Source: Oscillospiraceae bacterium (GTDB taxonomy: Bacteria; Bacillota; Clostridia; Oscillospirales; Ruminococcaceae). Taken from it: a stretch of 64,000 nucleotides of DNA. The stretch covers positions 30,654 to 94,653 of the forward strand of contig JAISLD010000007.1 in assembly GCA_031260665.1 (NCBI GenBank), in the 5' to 3' direction. Of this stretch, positions 6,789-20,145 are shown in pieces. The stretch's first letter is position 1. Each line of letters begins with the position of its first letter. Position numbers and translations under genes: made by a program. The notes beneath the pieces are model-generated. The model was not told the origin of the DNA, ran no database searches, and was given only the letters and a program-made list of their open reading frames with translations.

Positions 6789-9482
6789 ATGTCACACAGC
6801 ACCCCACTCGACGACCTGCTTTTTTCTCTCGGCACCGACAGGGAATCGGGGCTGACCGAACAAAAAGCGGCGGAGCTTCTCCAAACTGTCGGCAGGAACA
6901 AACTAAGCGAAAAGAAACCGAAAACAATGCTTCAGCGGTTCTTCTCGCAGTTCAAAGACGTGATGATTATCATTCTGCTTGTCGCCGCTGTTATCTCCGC
7001 GGGGATAGCGATTTATGATTTCGGCGAGGAGGGAATCAAAGGGTTCTTTGAGCCGCTGCTTATTATCCTCATCGTGGTGCTTAACGCCGTTATGGGCGTG
7101 GTGCAGGAGAGCAAAGCCGAAAAGGCACTTGACGCACTCAAGAACCTGTCGTCGCCTAACGCCAAGGTCATTCGTGACAGTAAAGAGCGGATTATCCCGT
7201 CCGAAGAGCTCGTACCCGGCGACATCATTCACCTTGAAGCAGGCGACTTTGTGCCTGCAGACGCGCGGCTTATCAAGTCGTCAAGCCTCAAGGCGGAAGA
7301 GTCGGCGCTTACGGGCGAGTCGGTGCCGTCGGAGAAGAACGCGGCGACTGCCGTGGACGAAAAAGCGGGCATTGGCGACCGCACCAATATGGTGTTCTCG
7401 GGTTGCGGCATTTCTTACGGCACGGGTTACGCGGTGGTCGCAAGTACGGGAATGAAAACCGAAATGGGCAAGATAGCGGGTCTGCTTGAGAACGAGGACG
7501 AGGGAACGACGCCGCTTCAGCAAAAGCTTGCCGACCTTGGCAAGTATCTCGGCATTGTGGCGCTTGCCGCTTGCGCTATCATCTTCGGTATCGGTCTGCT
7601 TGACGGGCTTCCGATAATGAAGATGTTTATGACTTCCGTTTCGCTTGCGGTATCGGCAATCCCCGAGGGGCTGCCCGCGATTGTAACGATTGTGCTGTCG
7701 ATAGGCGTTCAGCGAATGGTGAAGAAGAACGCAATCATTCGCCGCTTGCCCGCGGTTGAAACACTTGGCAGCGCCTCGGTCATCTGCTCCGACAAAACGG
7801 GAACGCTGACAATGAACCAGATGACTCTCGTCAAAGCGTACATTGACGGCGGCGAGTTCTCCGACATAACCGAGAACAGCTCTGTTGACGTGAAGAAACT
7901 GCTGACCTATGGCACGCTTTGCAGTGAGGGCAACATTGAAATAGGAGAGAACGGCAAGGTCACGCACATCGGCGACCCAACCGAAACCTCAATCATACTT
8001 GCCGCCCACCAAAACGGCTTCACCAAAGCGGATTTATCGGGCAAGTATCCGCGACTCGGCAGTGTGCCGTTTGATTCTGACCGCAAACTGATGAGCGTGG
8101 TCGTCAGAGAGGGCGACAAACTGCTGGTTGTGGTTAAGGGCGCGTTTGATGAACTCGCAAAGCGTTGTATCAAAGGCGACCTGAAGAAAGCGGACGAGAA
8201 AAACATTGAGATGAGCAAGAACGCCTTGCGTGTTCTCGGTGTGGCGTATAAATATATAGACAGCGAACCTGCCGACTACACGAGCGAGCTGCTTGAGCAC
8301 GAGCTGTTGTTCGCGGGGCTTGTCGGTATGATTGACCCACCGCGCGCCGAAGCGAAAGACGCGGTTGCGGTCTGCCGACGCGCAGGAATAAAGCCCGTTA
8401 TGATAACAGGTGACCACGTCGTCACCGCTTCGGCAATAGCGAAAGAACTTGATATTCTTCGTGAGGGCGACTTGGCGTTCACGGGGGCGGAACTCGACGC
8501 AATGTCTGACGAAGAACTGACGAACAAAGTGGAGGACATCTCGGTTTACGCGCGTGTTTCTCCCGAAAACAAAATCAGAATCGTAAAAGCATGGCAGAAG
8601 AAAGACAAAGTGGTGTCAATGACAGGCGACGGCGTGAACGACGCGCCTGCCCTCAAAGCCGCCGACATTGGTTGTGCAATGGGCATAACGGGCACAGACG
8701 TGGCAAAAGGCGCCGCTGATATGACGCTGACTGACGACAACTTCTCAACAATAGTTCACGCGGTCAAAGAAGGGCGCGGCATTTACGCCAACATCAAGAA
8801 AGTCGTCGGCTATCTTCTCGGCACCAACGTGGGCGAAATCCTCGTTGTCTTTATCGCAATGATTATCGCGAGAAGAAACCCGCTTATCTCAATGCAGCTG
8901 CTCTGGATTAACCTTGTGACCGACAGCTTGCCCGCAATCGCTCTTGGAATGGAGCCCGTTGAGAAAAACATAATGGACCAACCGCCGAAACCAAAGTCCG
9001 AGGGGATTTTCGCAAACGGATTCGGTGCGAAGATTATCTTTCAAGGGGTGTTCTTCGCCTTGATTACCCTCTGCGCTTACTTCATCGGCGAGGTGTTCGC
9101 CGGTGTGACGGTGAGCGACTTGTTCGGCAAACACGCGATAACCGAAAAGCAGGAGTCGTGGGGGCAAACAATGGCGTTCTTCGTCCTTGCTCTTTGCCAA
9201 ATAATGCAGTCGTTCAATATGCGAAGCGAACGCTCGCTCTTCTCAATCGGTTTCTTCTCAAACAAAAGCCTCAACCTGTCAACGCTTGCCGCAGTCGGGC
9301 TTATGGCGTTCGTGCTGTTTGTCCCGGGTGTCAACGCCGCGTTTGGTCTGTCGTATCTCCCCGCAAACTGCTATCTCATCGCACTCGGTCTTGCCGTGTC
9401 GCCTCTCCCTGTTATGGAACTCGCCAAACTGATAGGTCGGCTGATAGCAAAGAAACCGCAGATTCAACAGACAAACAGTTGA
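6789..9482 (+). CDS. calcium-translocating P-type ATPase (P2A/PMCA-SERCA type)
   Basis: Phosphorylation motif CSDKTGTLT, TGES-like LTGES, hinge MTGDGVNDAPALK, and 10 predicted TM segments. SD AAGGAG lies 8 nt upstream of the ATG. Confidence 0.92.
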   Translation: MSHSTPLDDLLFSLGTDRESGLTEQKAAELLQTVGRNKLSEKKPKTMLQRFFSQFKDVMIIILLVAAVISAGIAIYDFGEEGIKGFFEPLLIILIVVLNAVMGVVQESKAEKALDALKNLSSPNAKVIRDSKERIIPSEELVPGDIIHLEAGDFVPADARLIKSSSLKAEESALTGESVPSEKNAATAVDEKAGIGDRTNMVFSGCGISYGTGYAVVASTGMKTEMGKIAGLLENEDEGTTPLQQKLADLGKYLGIVALAACAIIFGIGLLDGLPIMKMFMTSVSLAVSAIPEGLPAIVTIVLSIGVQRMVKKNAIIRRLPAVETLGSASVICSDKTGTLTMNQMTLVKAYIDGGEFSDITENSSVDVKKLLTYGTLCSEGNIEIGENGKVTHIGDPTETSIILAAHQNGFTKADLSGKYPRLGSVPFDSDRKLMSVVVREGDKLLVVVKGAFDELAKRCIKGDLKKADEKNIEMSKNALRVLGVAYKYIDSEPADYTSELLEHELLFAGLVGMIDPPRAEAKDAVAVCRRAGIKPVMITGDHVVTASAIAKELDILREGDLAFTGAELDAMSDEELTNKVEDISVYARVSPENKIRIVKAWQKKDKVVSMTGDGVNDAPALKAADIGCAMGITGTDVAKGAADMTLTDDNFSTIVHAVKEGRGIYANIKKVVGYLLGTNVGEILVVFIAMIIARRNPLISMQLLWINLVTDSLPAIALGMEPVEKNIMDQPPKPKSEGIFANGFGAKIIFQGVFFALITLCAYFIGEVFAGVTVSDLFGKHAITEKQESWGQTMAFFVLALCQIMQSFNMRSERSLFSIGFFSNKSLNLSTLAAVGLMAFVLFVPGVNAAFGLSYLPANCYLIALGLAVSPLPVMELAKLIGRLIAKKPQIQQTNS

Positions 9483-9509
9483 CAAATCACATTCGACAGT
9501 GTTATAATG
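9480..9509 (+). promoter_or_regulatory. sigma-A type promoter, TTGACA-18-TATAAT
   Basis: TTGACA at 9480-9485 overlaps the ATPase stop codon. TATAAT is at 9504-9509. Confidence 0.6.
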
Positions 9510-9548
9510 TGGTATGGATTTTTTCGTCAAAACACAGGAGGACTATCA

Positions 9549-10319
9549 ATGTCACTTAAGAAAACACTCGCTATCGTTCTCGCGGTAGCGACAACGGCGA
9601 CCTTTCCGCTTGGTGCAAGCGCACGCGACATTCGCGACACAGCCACAAAGCAAATCAACCTCGGTTCAACGAACTCGCTCGCGGTGTCTGACTCGGAGTT
9701 CACCGACCGCAAGATTGTCGTCCCGAAAAGTGGGAAGCTAACCATCAAGTACGAATCCACCGCGCTTAACCTCATGCTCCTGCTCTACAACTACGACGAG
9801 AAGTTGATTGCGCCGAAACTTCTTGAGTACACCTACGGCACACTTGAAACAGCGAACTACTTATCAGGCGACGCTGCCCTCGACACGTTGTTCCAATACA
9901 TCTACAGCGAAGGAAGCTATCCCTTTGGCTTCGCAATGGGTACACGGCAGAGCTCCACCAAGAAAAACTACGGCAAAATCACCTATGAATTAGGTCAAGG
10001 CACCTACTACTTACGTCTGGCGAGAAGCACCGTGGGTGGCGAAACCGCTAAAATCAGCCTTGCGCTCTGGGATTCAAACGACAACCCGATATCACAAGCA
10101 GGCAAGGTGACCACCTCCGTGAATCCGGGACAGACAATCAAGAAAGGCGCGTCTATTCAGCTGTTTGCCGACGCGGGAGCGAAGTACGAAGCATCAAGCA
10201 GCAAAGTGCTTAAAGTCGATTCAAAAGGCAAAGTCACAGCACTTGCCGCAGGTTCGGCGTATGTCACCGTGTCTTACGGCAACGACAAAACCTACAGAGT
10301 ATACTTCAAGGTGTCGTAG
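9549..10319 (+). CDS. secreted protein with a C-terminal Big_2-like Ig domain
   Basis: AGGAGG lies 7 nt before the ATG at 9549. Signal peptide MSLKKTLAIVLAVATTATFPLGASA. The C-terminal block SSKVLKVDSKGKVTALAAGSAYVTVSYG is typical of a bacterial Ig-like group 2 domain. Confidence 0.6.
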   Translation: MSLKKTLAIVLAVATTATFPLGASARDIRDTATKQINLGSTNSLAVSDSEFTDRKIVVPKSGKLTIKYESTALNLMLLLYNYDEKLIAPKLLEYTYGTLETANYLSGDAALDTLFQYIYSEGSYPFGFAMGTRQSSTKKNYGKITYELGQGTYYLRLARSTVGGETAKISLALWDSNDNPISQAGKVTTSVNPGQTIKKGASIQLFADAGAKYEASSSKVLKVDSKGKVTALAAGSAYVTVSYGNDKTYRVYFKVS

Positions 10320-10348
10320 TCGTAACAGCCAACCGAAATCAAACAAAA

Positions 10349-10373
10349 CACTCCCCGTTTTCGGGGAGTGTTT
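10349..10373 (+). terminator. intrinsic terminator (weak T-tract)
   Basis: Stem CACTCCCC/GGGGAGTG with loop GTTTTC, followed by TTTGAC. Confidence 0.5.
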
Positions 10374-10389
10374 GACAAAGGAGCGATTT

Positions 10390-10932
10390 ATGAATTTAGA
10401 AGAAACAACGGTCAACTCGGCGCTCGTTTATGACGGCAAGGTGGTCAAGCTCTTTCTCGATGATGTGCTGATTCAAAACGGCGAGAAAGTGAAGCGAGAG
10501 CGGATTATCCACCCCGGTGGCGTTGGGATTCTCGCGCTCACTGACGAAGGGGATATTCTCCTTGTCAAGCAGTTTCGTTATGGCGCGATGCAAGTGATTG
10601 ACGAAATCCCCGCGGGGAAACTCGAGCCGTTTGAGGACCCCGAGGAATGTGGTCGGCGTGAGTTGTATGAAGAAACGGGATACAAAGCGGCTTCGTTTGA
10701 AAAGCTGCTTGAGCTGTACCCCACGCCCGCTTATGACAGCGAAAAGATTTATGTCTACTTTGCCTCACAACTGACGAAAATTGACGACGAAACCCACTTG
10801 GACGACGACGAGTTCCTTGAAAACATTGCCGTACCCGCTGAAGAAGCGTTGCGGCGTATCATCAAAGGCGAGATAACCGACGCAAAAACTGTCGCCGCTG
10901 TGATGAAAGCAAAGCTGCTGGGCAAATTTTAA
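10390..10932 (+). CDS. NUDIX hydrolase, ADP-ribose pyrophosphatase type
   Basis: Nudix box GKLEPFEDPEECGRRELYEETGY. Start taken at MNLEETT, preceded by AAAGGAG. The track's upstream extension overlaps the preceding gene and terminator. Confidence 0.8.
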   Translation: MNLEETTVNSALVYDGKVVKLFLDDVLIQNGEKVKRERIIHPGGVGILALTDEGDILLVKQFRYGAMQVIDEIPAGKLEPFEDPEECGRRELYEETGYKAASFEKLLELYPTPAYDSEKIYVYFASQLTKIDDETHLDDDEFLENIAVPAEEALRRIIKGEITDAKTVAAVMKAKLLGKF

Positions 10933-10979
10933 GTGATATGTCGGCGATAATTACCGCCATATTGCCCACCCGGCACGGG

Positions 10980-11525
10980 TTAGCGTGATATGACGGCACG
11001 AATAACGGGGCGCAAGTCTTTCGGTGTTGCTTGCGGCAACGCCGCCGCCTGTGCTTGCTCTGCTGCTTTCTGCTTTTCTTTCGCTTCAAGTTGAATCTGC
11101 CGCCGCTTATTTCTTCGTGCCGACAACTTGCGCCACTGCTTCCCCAGAAACATGAGAAGCAGTTTTATCGGAAACGCGACTATCCTGTAAATAAAGCGCG
11201 CCACCCACTTGACGGTGCTGACAATCAGCCGAGAGCAAGCCGACACAAGTTGCCCCACCGTCAAAAAGTACACCGCGCCACCGACAAACTCGGCGGCGGC
11301 AAAGTACGGGCGAAACACGCCACCCGCAAACTCCATAACGTAAAGAAACGTCACCAAACCCGCAAACAAAGCGAACAAAAAGTCCTGTATGCCGACAAAC
11401 AGCGCACCCTGCGCCTTAAACATTCGTATTATCCTAAGCGGCTCGTAGAGAACGCCAAGCCCGAATCCCACTACCGCGAAATACGACAGCATACGAAGCA
11501 TATACGTTGCTGAAACATCAGTCAT
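10980..11525 (-). CDS. yabQ: spore cortex biosynthesis protein YabQ-like membrane protein
   Basis: Four or five TM helices followed by a basic Lys/Arg-rich tail. It sits directly downstream of yabP, as in other spore formers. Confidence 0.6.
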   Translation of the reverse strand: MTDVSATYMLRMLSYFAVVGFGLGVLYEPLRIIRMFKAQGALFVGIQDFLFALFAGLVTFLYVMEFAGGVFRPYFAAAEFVGGAVYFLTVGQLVSACSRLIVSTVKWVARFIYRIVAFPIKLLLMFLGKQWRKLSARRNKRRQIQLEAKEKQKAAEQAQAAALPQATPKDLRPVIRAVISR

Positions 11526-11529
11526 CTTG

Positions 11530-11799
11530 TCACCTGAACATCTGTGTGATTATGTTGTCGGGGTTGCTCGGTTGACCGTTGAAGAATATCGCCCCGTTTA
11601 TTCTGCCCTCAACGACAAACTCACCGCCGTCTGTGTCGGCTGACACCACGTGAAGCTCCTCGCCTGTTATCTTCACGCCGCATCCGTCAAAGAATACCTC
11701 GGCAAATTCCGTGCCGAGCCTGCCGACCGCGATTATCCCCGACAACGTGGCGCGTTCCCGCTTCTCGATAATAACGCTGAAGTTTCTGCTTCGTTTCAT
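11530..11799 (-). CDS. yabP: sporulation protein YabP
   Basis: 89 aa. RERATLSGI..V..F..E.....T..G.L.V.G..L pattern and pairing with yabQ. Confidence 0.7.
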   Translation of the reverse strand: MKRSRNFSVIIEKRERATLSGIIAVGRLGTEFAEVFFDGCGVKITGEELHVVSADTDGGEFVVEGRINGAIFFNGQPSNPDNIITQMFR

Positions 11800-11849
11800 A
11801 TATACACCCCGTAATAACTACATAAGTTTATTCAATCAGTACAAGGTAA

Positions 11850-12170
11850 ATGCCAATGTCTTTTACAATGTTGGACGAGAGCTTCGTCTGTGCTGTCTGC
11901 GGTGAGGAGAATCCGCCGCTCGGTTATTCGGCGCGCGACCACTGCCGCAAGTGCCTTTGCTCGCTTCACCTCGACATAGACCCCGGCGACCGCCTTTGCG
12001 ACTGCAAGGGCGTTTTGCGGCCCGTGGCGACAGAACAAGGGAAGAAAGGCACAAAGATAACCTACCGCTGTGACAAATGCGGCAAGTCAAAGCGAAACAT
12101 CGCGGCGACTGACGACGACTTCGACAAATTGCTCGATATAACACGCGCCAATGCCGAGAATTTGACTTGA
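11850..12170 (+). CDS. RNHCP domain-containing zinc-ribbon protein
   Basis: CAVCGE...ARDHCRKCLCSLHLD...CDC...YRCDKCGK matches the RNHCP-type Cys pattern. The start could instead be the second ATG at 11856. Confidence 0.6.
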   Translation: MPMSFTMLDESFVCAVCGEENPPLGYSARDHCRKCLCSLHLDIDPGDRLCDCKGVLRPVATEQGKKGTKITYRCDKCGKSKRNIAATDDDFDKLLDITRANAENLT

Positions 12171-12243
12171 CAGTTTCAATGTGTTATACTTAAACAGGTG
12201 TTCCCACAAGAGAACGCAGCTCAACTCAGAAAGATGTGCATAT

Positions 12244-12705
12244 ATGAAACTAAGCGTTACAATAGGACATAAACACGGAGTCAACGTGTCCGCTGTTATG
12301 ACAGCGGCGGTGAAGCAAAGCCTGTTCGCGGCACTTCGCTCTGACAACTTTGACGGCGACGCCGAGATATCGGTGCTGTTTACAGACGGGCTTGGTATCC
12401 GCAAGCTGAACCGCCGTCACCGCAAGATAGACAGCGAAACAGACGTGCTGTCGTTCCCCATCGGCGAAGTCAACCCCGAAAACGGCTTCAACAACTTAGG
12501 CGATATCGTCATAAACATTGACCGCGTGTATAAGCAAGCGGCGGAGTTTGGGCAAACGCCTGTGCGTGAAGCCGCGTTCTTGGCGGCACACTCGGCACTC
12601 CACCTCCTCGGGTATGACCACGAGGACAAAGACGACGAACTGATTATGCGAAACCAACAACGCGTCATTATGGCTCTGCTTGGTTTTGTAACCAACACAG
12701 ATTGA
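12244..12705 (+). CDS. ybeY: rRNA maturation endoribonuclease YbeY
   Basis: Metal site HSALHLLGYDHE and TDVLSFP. Precedes era, the conserved order. Start at the internal ATG (MKLSVTI...). Confidence 0.9.
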   Translation: MKLSVTIGHKHGVNVSAVMTAAVKQSLFAALRSDNFDGDAEISVLFTDGLGIRKLNRRHRKIDSETDVLSFPIGEVNPENGFNNLGDIVINIDRVYKQAAEFGQTPVREAAFLAAHSALHLLGYDHEDKDDELIMRNQQRVIMALLGFVTNTD

Positions 12706-12723
12706 ATTTAGGACATATAACTT

Positions 12724-13638
12724 ATGGAAAACAGCAAAAACCTGTTTGTGGCGGTCACGGGACGAGCAAACGCGGGCAAATCGTCACTTGTCAACAAACT
12801 AATCGGCACAAAGGTGGCGATAGTCAGCCCCAAACCTCAAACCACACGCACACGGATAAACGGCGTTATAACAAAAGGCGACACGCAGTACGTCTTTATC
12901 GACACGCCGGGTATGCACCGTGCCAACTCAAAGCTGTCGGGCAATATGCTGAAGCAGATATCGGCGGGTGTGTCCGACGTTGACGTCGCTTTGCTTTTGT
13001 TTGACTGCACAAAGCGTTTCTCCGAAGCGGAACGCCGATTACTTCAGTCAATGCAAAAAGAAAACGTACCATGTGTGCTGGTTATCAACAAAGCCGACTT
13101 GCTTCACGACAAAGGAGAGCTACTCCCTTTGATTGAACGGCTGAAGAACGAGTATGACTTTGCCGACATTATCCCTATGTCTGTCAGAACGGGCGCAAAC
13201 TTAAACGCGTTGCTCCCTGCGCTCGACAGGTTTGCCACCGAGGGAGAACACCCGTTCCCTGTTGACTTGGCGACCGACCAGTCCGAGAAATTCTTTTTGT
13301 CAGAGCTTGTGCGTGAGAAGCTGCTTTACGCAATGGACGAGGAAATCCCGCACGGTATCGCCGTGTTTGTTGAAACAATCGCCGACGCCGCGACAAACAA
13401 AGGCGAGCCGATTGTCGATATCGGGTTTGTCATTGTTTGCGACAAAGACTCGCACAAAGGAATGGTCATCGGCAAAAAGGGCGACAACCTGAAGAACGTC
13501 GGCACACGCGCGCGTGCCGATATTGAAAACTACTTCGGGTGTAAGGCGAATATCAAGCTGTTTGTTAAGGTGAAAGAGGACTGGCGAAACAACGACAAGT
13601 TTTTGACCGAACTCGGGTTGTCGGGCAACCAGTCATAA
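12724..13638 (+). CDS. era: GTPase Era
   Basis: G1 GRANAGKSS, G3 DTPG, G4 NKAD, and a C-terminal KH domain (KGMVIGKKG). Confidence 0.95.
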   Translation: MENSKNLFVAVTGRANAGKSSLVNKLIGTKVAIVSPKPQTTRTRINGVITKGDTQYVFIDTPGMHRANSKLSGNMLKQISAGVSDVDVALLLFDCTKRFSEAERRLLQSMQKENVPCVLVINKADLLHDKGELLPLIERLKNEYDFADIIPMSVRTGANLNALLPALDRFATEGEHPFPVDLATDQSEKFFLSELVREKLLYAMDEEIPHGIAVFVETIADAATNKGEPIVDIGFVIVCDKDSHKGMVIGKKGDNLKNVGTRARADIENYFGCKANIKLFVKVKEDWRNNDKFLTELGLSGNQS

Positions 13639-14369
13639 TGCACCCGCGTGAAACTGTCACAGTTCGCGGCATAGTCATCGGGCGACGCGACATTGGCGAG
13701 CAAAACCGCTTTCTCGACATACTGACCGACGAATACGGCGTGATTGAGGCAACGTGTTATGGCGCGCGCAAGGTCGGCGGCAAGAACTCATCTTGCGGCA
13801 ATCTGTTCTCCTTCTGCGACTATTCGCTGACCAAAACGGCACTTCGCTATAGTGTTGACTCCGCTGAAACAGTCTACGGATTCTTCGGTTTGGCAAAAGA
13901 CTTTGGGTCTTACGCACTCGCTTGTTATCTCGCCGAACTGACACGCGGGACTTCCGCTCCCGAACAACCGCACCTCGGGTTCACGCGGTTCTTCGCCGCG
14001 ACTTTGTATCAGATTGAAAAAGGAAGCATCTCGCGAAACGAGATAAAAGCATTGTTTGAGCTAAAGCTATCTCACCTCCTCGGCATACTGCCTGAGTTTG
14101 TGTTCTGCTCAAGCTGCGGCGAGTCGCCCGGCGTGCTGTATCTAAGCATTGCGGAGGGAGAGGCAATCTGCGACGACTGCGGGGGCAGAGGTTATTCGCT
14201 TCACGCCGAAAGCCTTGCCGTGTTGACGGCACTGCAAACAGGATACGAACCGTATAAGCTGCGCCCCTCAACGGGCGCACTCGCTGAACTCGCGCCTATG
14301 GCGGAAGCACACCTGCTTTATCACCTCGGACGCGGGTTTAAGACGTTGGATTACTACAAAAATCTATAA
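13638..14369 (+). CDS. recO: DNA repair protein RecO
   Basis: Located directly after era. Zn-finger-like CSSCGE...CDDCG. 243 aa. Confidence 0.85.
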   Translation: MHPRETVTVRGIVIGRRDIGEQNRFLDILTDEYGVIEATCYGARKVGGKNSSCGNLFSFCDYSLTKTALRYSVDSAETVYGFFGLAKDFGSYALACYLAELTRGTSAPEQPHLGFTRFFAATLYQIEKGSISRNEIKALFELKLSHLLGILPEFVFCSSCGESPGVLYLSIAEGEAICDDCGGRGYSLHAESLAVLTALQTGYEPYKLRPSTGALAELAPMAEAHLLYHLGRGFKTLDYYKNL

Positions 14370-14375
14370 ATATAT

Positions 14376-16751
14376 ATGAACCACTCACTAAAGAAACTCG
14401 AATACGACAAAGTTTTGCGGCTTCTTGCCGCTGAAGCGGCAGGTGAAACAGCCAAAGCCAAAATTCTTGAGCTTGTTCCCTCTGCAACCATTGACGAAGC
14501 GCGTGAAGAACTTGCCTTGACTGACGAAGCGTTCACGCTGTCGTCGCGGTTCGGCACGCCACGCTTTTCCGGCGCGAAAGACGTGCGGCTGTCTTTATCG
14601 CGGGCGCAAAGCGGCTCGTCGCTTCCGCTTCGCGACCTGCTTGATATAGCGGCGGCGCTTCGCCTTGTCGCCGCTCTCGACGGCTGGGCTGACCAATGCG
14701 GCAGTCTGCTTTACAAGCTGAAGCCTTATTTCAATGCGCTCATCACAAACAAGCCTCTTGAGAGCGAGATTACCTCGGCGATTCTATCCGAGGACGAGTT
14801 GTCCGACAACGCTTCGCCTCAGCTTCTGCAGATTCGCCGCGCCATTCTTCGTGAAGCCTCAAAGATTCGCGAAACACTCGACAGGTTCGTCCGTTCGGGC
14901 AGCAAGTTCTTGCAGGAAGCCGTGGTGACACAGCGTGACGGCAGGTACGTCATTCCTGTCAAGACCGAACACAAGTCGGAAGTCGGCGGCATTATTCACG
15001 ACACATCGGGCAGCGGAGCCACCGTGTTCATCGAACCGACAAGCGTCGTCGAGTCAAACAACGAGATTCGTATCCTGAAAGGGAAAGAGCAAGACGAGAT
15101 TGAGCGAATTATTGCGGAACTAAGCGCAAAGGTCGGTGAGTTTGCCCATACGCTTATCATCGGGTTCTCGGCGGCAGTTGAGATAGAAGTGCGTTTTGCA
15201 AAGGCAAACCTTGGGGCGAAGATGAAAGCGACTTCGCCTGAACTAACGGACACGCCGCTTCTTGACTTGCGGTCGGCACGTCACCCGCTTCTCCCTCGCG
15301 ACACCGCCGTGCCTGTTACCATTCAGCTTGGGATAAACTACGATACGCTTGTCATCACAGGACCGAACACCGGCGGCAAGACGGTCGCGCTTAAAACGGC
15401 GGGGCTTCTCGCTCTTATGGCACTCTCGGGGCTTATGCTCCCCGTCAAAGACGAAAGCAAAGTTGGTTTCTTCAGCGGCGTGTTCGCCGACATAGGCGAC
15501 GAGCAGAGCATTGAGCAGAGCTTGTCCACCTTTTCATCGCATATATCAAACATCGTGTCGATTCTCAGCAGCACAAGTGACAGCACACTTGTTTTGTTGG
15601 ACGAACTTGGTTCGGGTACCGACCCCGCGGAGGGCGCGGCACTCGCTGTGTCGATAATCGGCAGACTTCGCTCAAACGGCGCGAAAGTTATGGCGACGAC
15701 TCACTATCAAGAGGTCAAGCTGTTTGCGCTTGAAACAGCGGGAGTTGAAAACGCGGGTTGTGAGTTTGACATCAACACCTTACGCCCCACTTATCGCCTG
15801 CTGACGGGTATCCCCGGCAAATCAAACGCGTTTGCAATCGCGGGGCGGCTCGGCATTGACAAAGACATCATAGCCGGTGCGGAAAAACTCGTCAGCGGCG
15901 AGAATATCCGCTTTGAAAACATAATCGAGCAACTTGAAAAGACGCGGCGTGAGCTTGAACTGGCAAGAGCGTCCGCCACCGACAAAGAACGTGAGATAAA
16001 GGAAAACTCGGTGAAAACCGAGCGTATACTAAAAGAAACAGAAGAACTGAAAGAAAAAGAGTTGGCGGCGGCGCGAACAAAAGCGGCGGCGATAATCGCG
16101 GAGGTGCGGTTCTCCGCTGACAGAATGTTGGAAGATACTGAACGATTACGGAAAGAACGCAAGCCCGACACATCGGACAAAGCGCGCGACAAATTCCGCG
16201 AGATTGAAAAAAATCTTGAAAAGCTGAGCGACCAAGCAAACCCCGTTTCACAAAGGCGCACCGCCCCATACAAGCTCCCGCGACCGCTGAAGCTTTATGA
16301 CACGGTGCTGCTGTTTGACATCGACAAGAAAGGCACGCTGCTTTCTCTTGCCGACAAAAACGGCGTTTGCCTTGTTCAGGTCGGAATAATGAAAACGAAA
16401 ACAAACGTCGGCAACCTGCGCCTCCTTGAATCGGACGCGAAAGACCGCGTGAAGGTGAACGGACGCGACTCAAGCCTTATGGGGTTCACGCCGAATTCCG
16501 ACCGTGAGGTGTCGCTCTCGCTTGACCTGCGTGGCAAAACATCAGACGAAGCGTTGACTGAACTTGACCGCTATCTTGACTCGTGTGCGCTATCGGGGCT
16601 GAAAAGCGTCAGCGTGGTTCACGGCAAAGGCACGGGTGCGCTTCGCACCGCTGTCCGCGCTTTCCTCAAGCGGCGTGTCGGCATTGAGAGTTTCCGTGAG
16701 GGCGAATACGGCGAGGGCGACTCGGGCGTGACTGTCGTCACATTAAAGTAA
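14376..16751 (+). CDS. mutS2: endonuclease MutS2 (MutS domain V ATPase plus a C-terminal Smr domain)
   Basis: Walker A GPNTGGKT, Walker B LVLLDELGSGTD, a coiled-coil linker, and Smr motifs LDLRG and VVHGKGTGALR. Confidence 0.92.
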   Translation: MNHSLKKLEYDKVLRLLAAEAAGETAKAKILELVPSATIDEAREELALTDEAFTLSSRFGTPRFSGAKDVRLSLSRAQSGSSLPLRDLLDIAAALRLVAALDGWADQCGSLLYKLKPYFNALITNKPLESEITSAILSEDELSDNASPQLLQIRRAILREASKIRETLDRFVRSGSKFLQEAVVTQRDGRYVIPVKTEHKSEVGGIIHDTSGSGATVFIEPTSVVESNNEIRILKGKEQDEIERIIAELSAKVGEFAHTLIIGFSAAVEIEVRFAKANLGAKMKATSPELTDTPLLDLRSARHPLLPRDTAVPVTIQLGINYDTLVITGPNTGGKTVALKTAGLLALMALSGLMLPVKDESKVGFFSGVFADIGDEQSIEQSLSTFSSHISNIVSILSSTSDSTLVLLDELGSGTDPAEGAALAVSIIGRLRSNGAKVMATTHYQEVKLFALETAGVENAGCEFDINTLRPTYRLLTGIPGKSNAFAIAGRLGIDKDIIAGAEKLVSGENIRFENIIEQLEKTRRELELARASATDKEREIKENSVKTERILKETEELKEKELAAARTKAAAIIAEVRFSADRMLEDTERLRKERKPDTSDKARDKFREIEKNLEKLSDQANPVSQRRTAPYKLPRPLKLYDTVLLFDIDKKGTLLSLADKNGVCLVQVGIMKTKTNVGNLRLLESDAKDRVKVNGRDSSLMGFTPNSDREVSLSLDLRGKTSDEALTELDRYLDSCALSGLKSVSVVHGKGTGALRTAVRAFLKRRVGIESFREGEYGEGDSGVTVVTLK

Positions 16752-19550
<2,799 letters not shown>

Positions 19551-19576
<26 letters not shown>

Positions 19577-20132
19577 AGAAAGCCGTTTCCTGTGGGACTT
19601 CTTCGACCGCGACAGACTGAGCGACGTGGAACTGATAATCTCGGCAGGCGACCTCCACGTTGACTACCTGTCGTTTCTCGTCACGATGATGCCCGTGCCG
19701 CTTTTTTATGTGCGCGGCAACCACGACAAACGCTTTGCCAACCGACCGCCACTCGGTTGCGACTCGCTTGAGGACACGGTTCGTGTGTTCGGCGGGCTTC
19801 GTATCGGAGGGCTTGGCGGTTGTATGAGCGGCAATCCCGACGGTGAGTTTGAGTTTGACGAACGCGGTATGTCAAAGCGAGTCGACAAACTTCTGCGAAA
19901 ATCGCACGGAAAACTTGATATATTTGTAAGCCACGCCCCCGCTGAAGGTTTAGGCGATGGCGACGACTTCTTTCACAAAGGATTCGCCTGCTATCGAAGG
20001 CTTCTTGACAAAGCGAAACCACAGGCGCACGTTTACGGGCACGTCCACAAAAGCTATGGCGTTGAGCCACCTACATCATACAATGACACGCGGCTGTTCA
20101 ATGCCTGCGGATATAAAATAATTGAAATATAA
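19551..20132 (+). CDS. metallophosphoesterase (calcineurin-like)
   Basis: Signature residues SAGDLH, RGNHD and YGHVH. Confidence 0.7.
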
Positions 20133-20145
20133 GGAACACACATAT

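Noticed and set aside
12181-12243. Upstream extensions of ORFs in the track: ybeY from 12181, nudix from 10165, atpB from 49669, atpH from 51407, rpsT from 26126, spmA to 6550, and the Big_2 protein from 9507.
   Set aside because: The extensions overlap upstream genes, terminators or promoters and lack an SD. Internal starts with good SD spacing give N-termini typical of each family.
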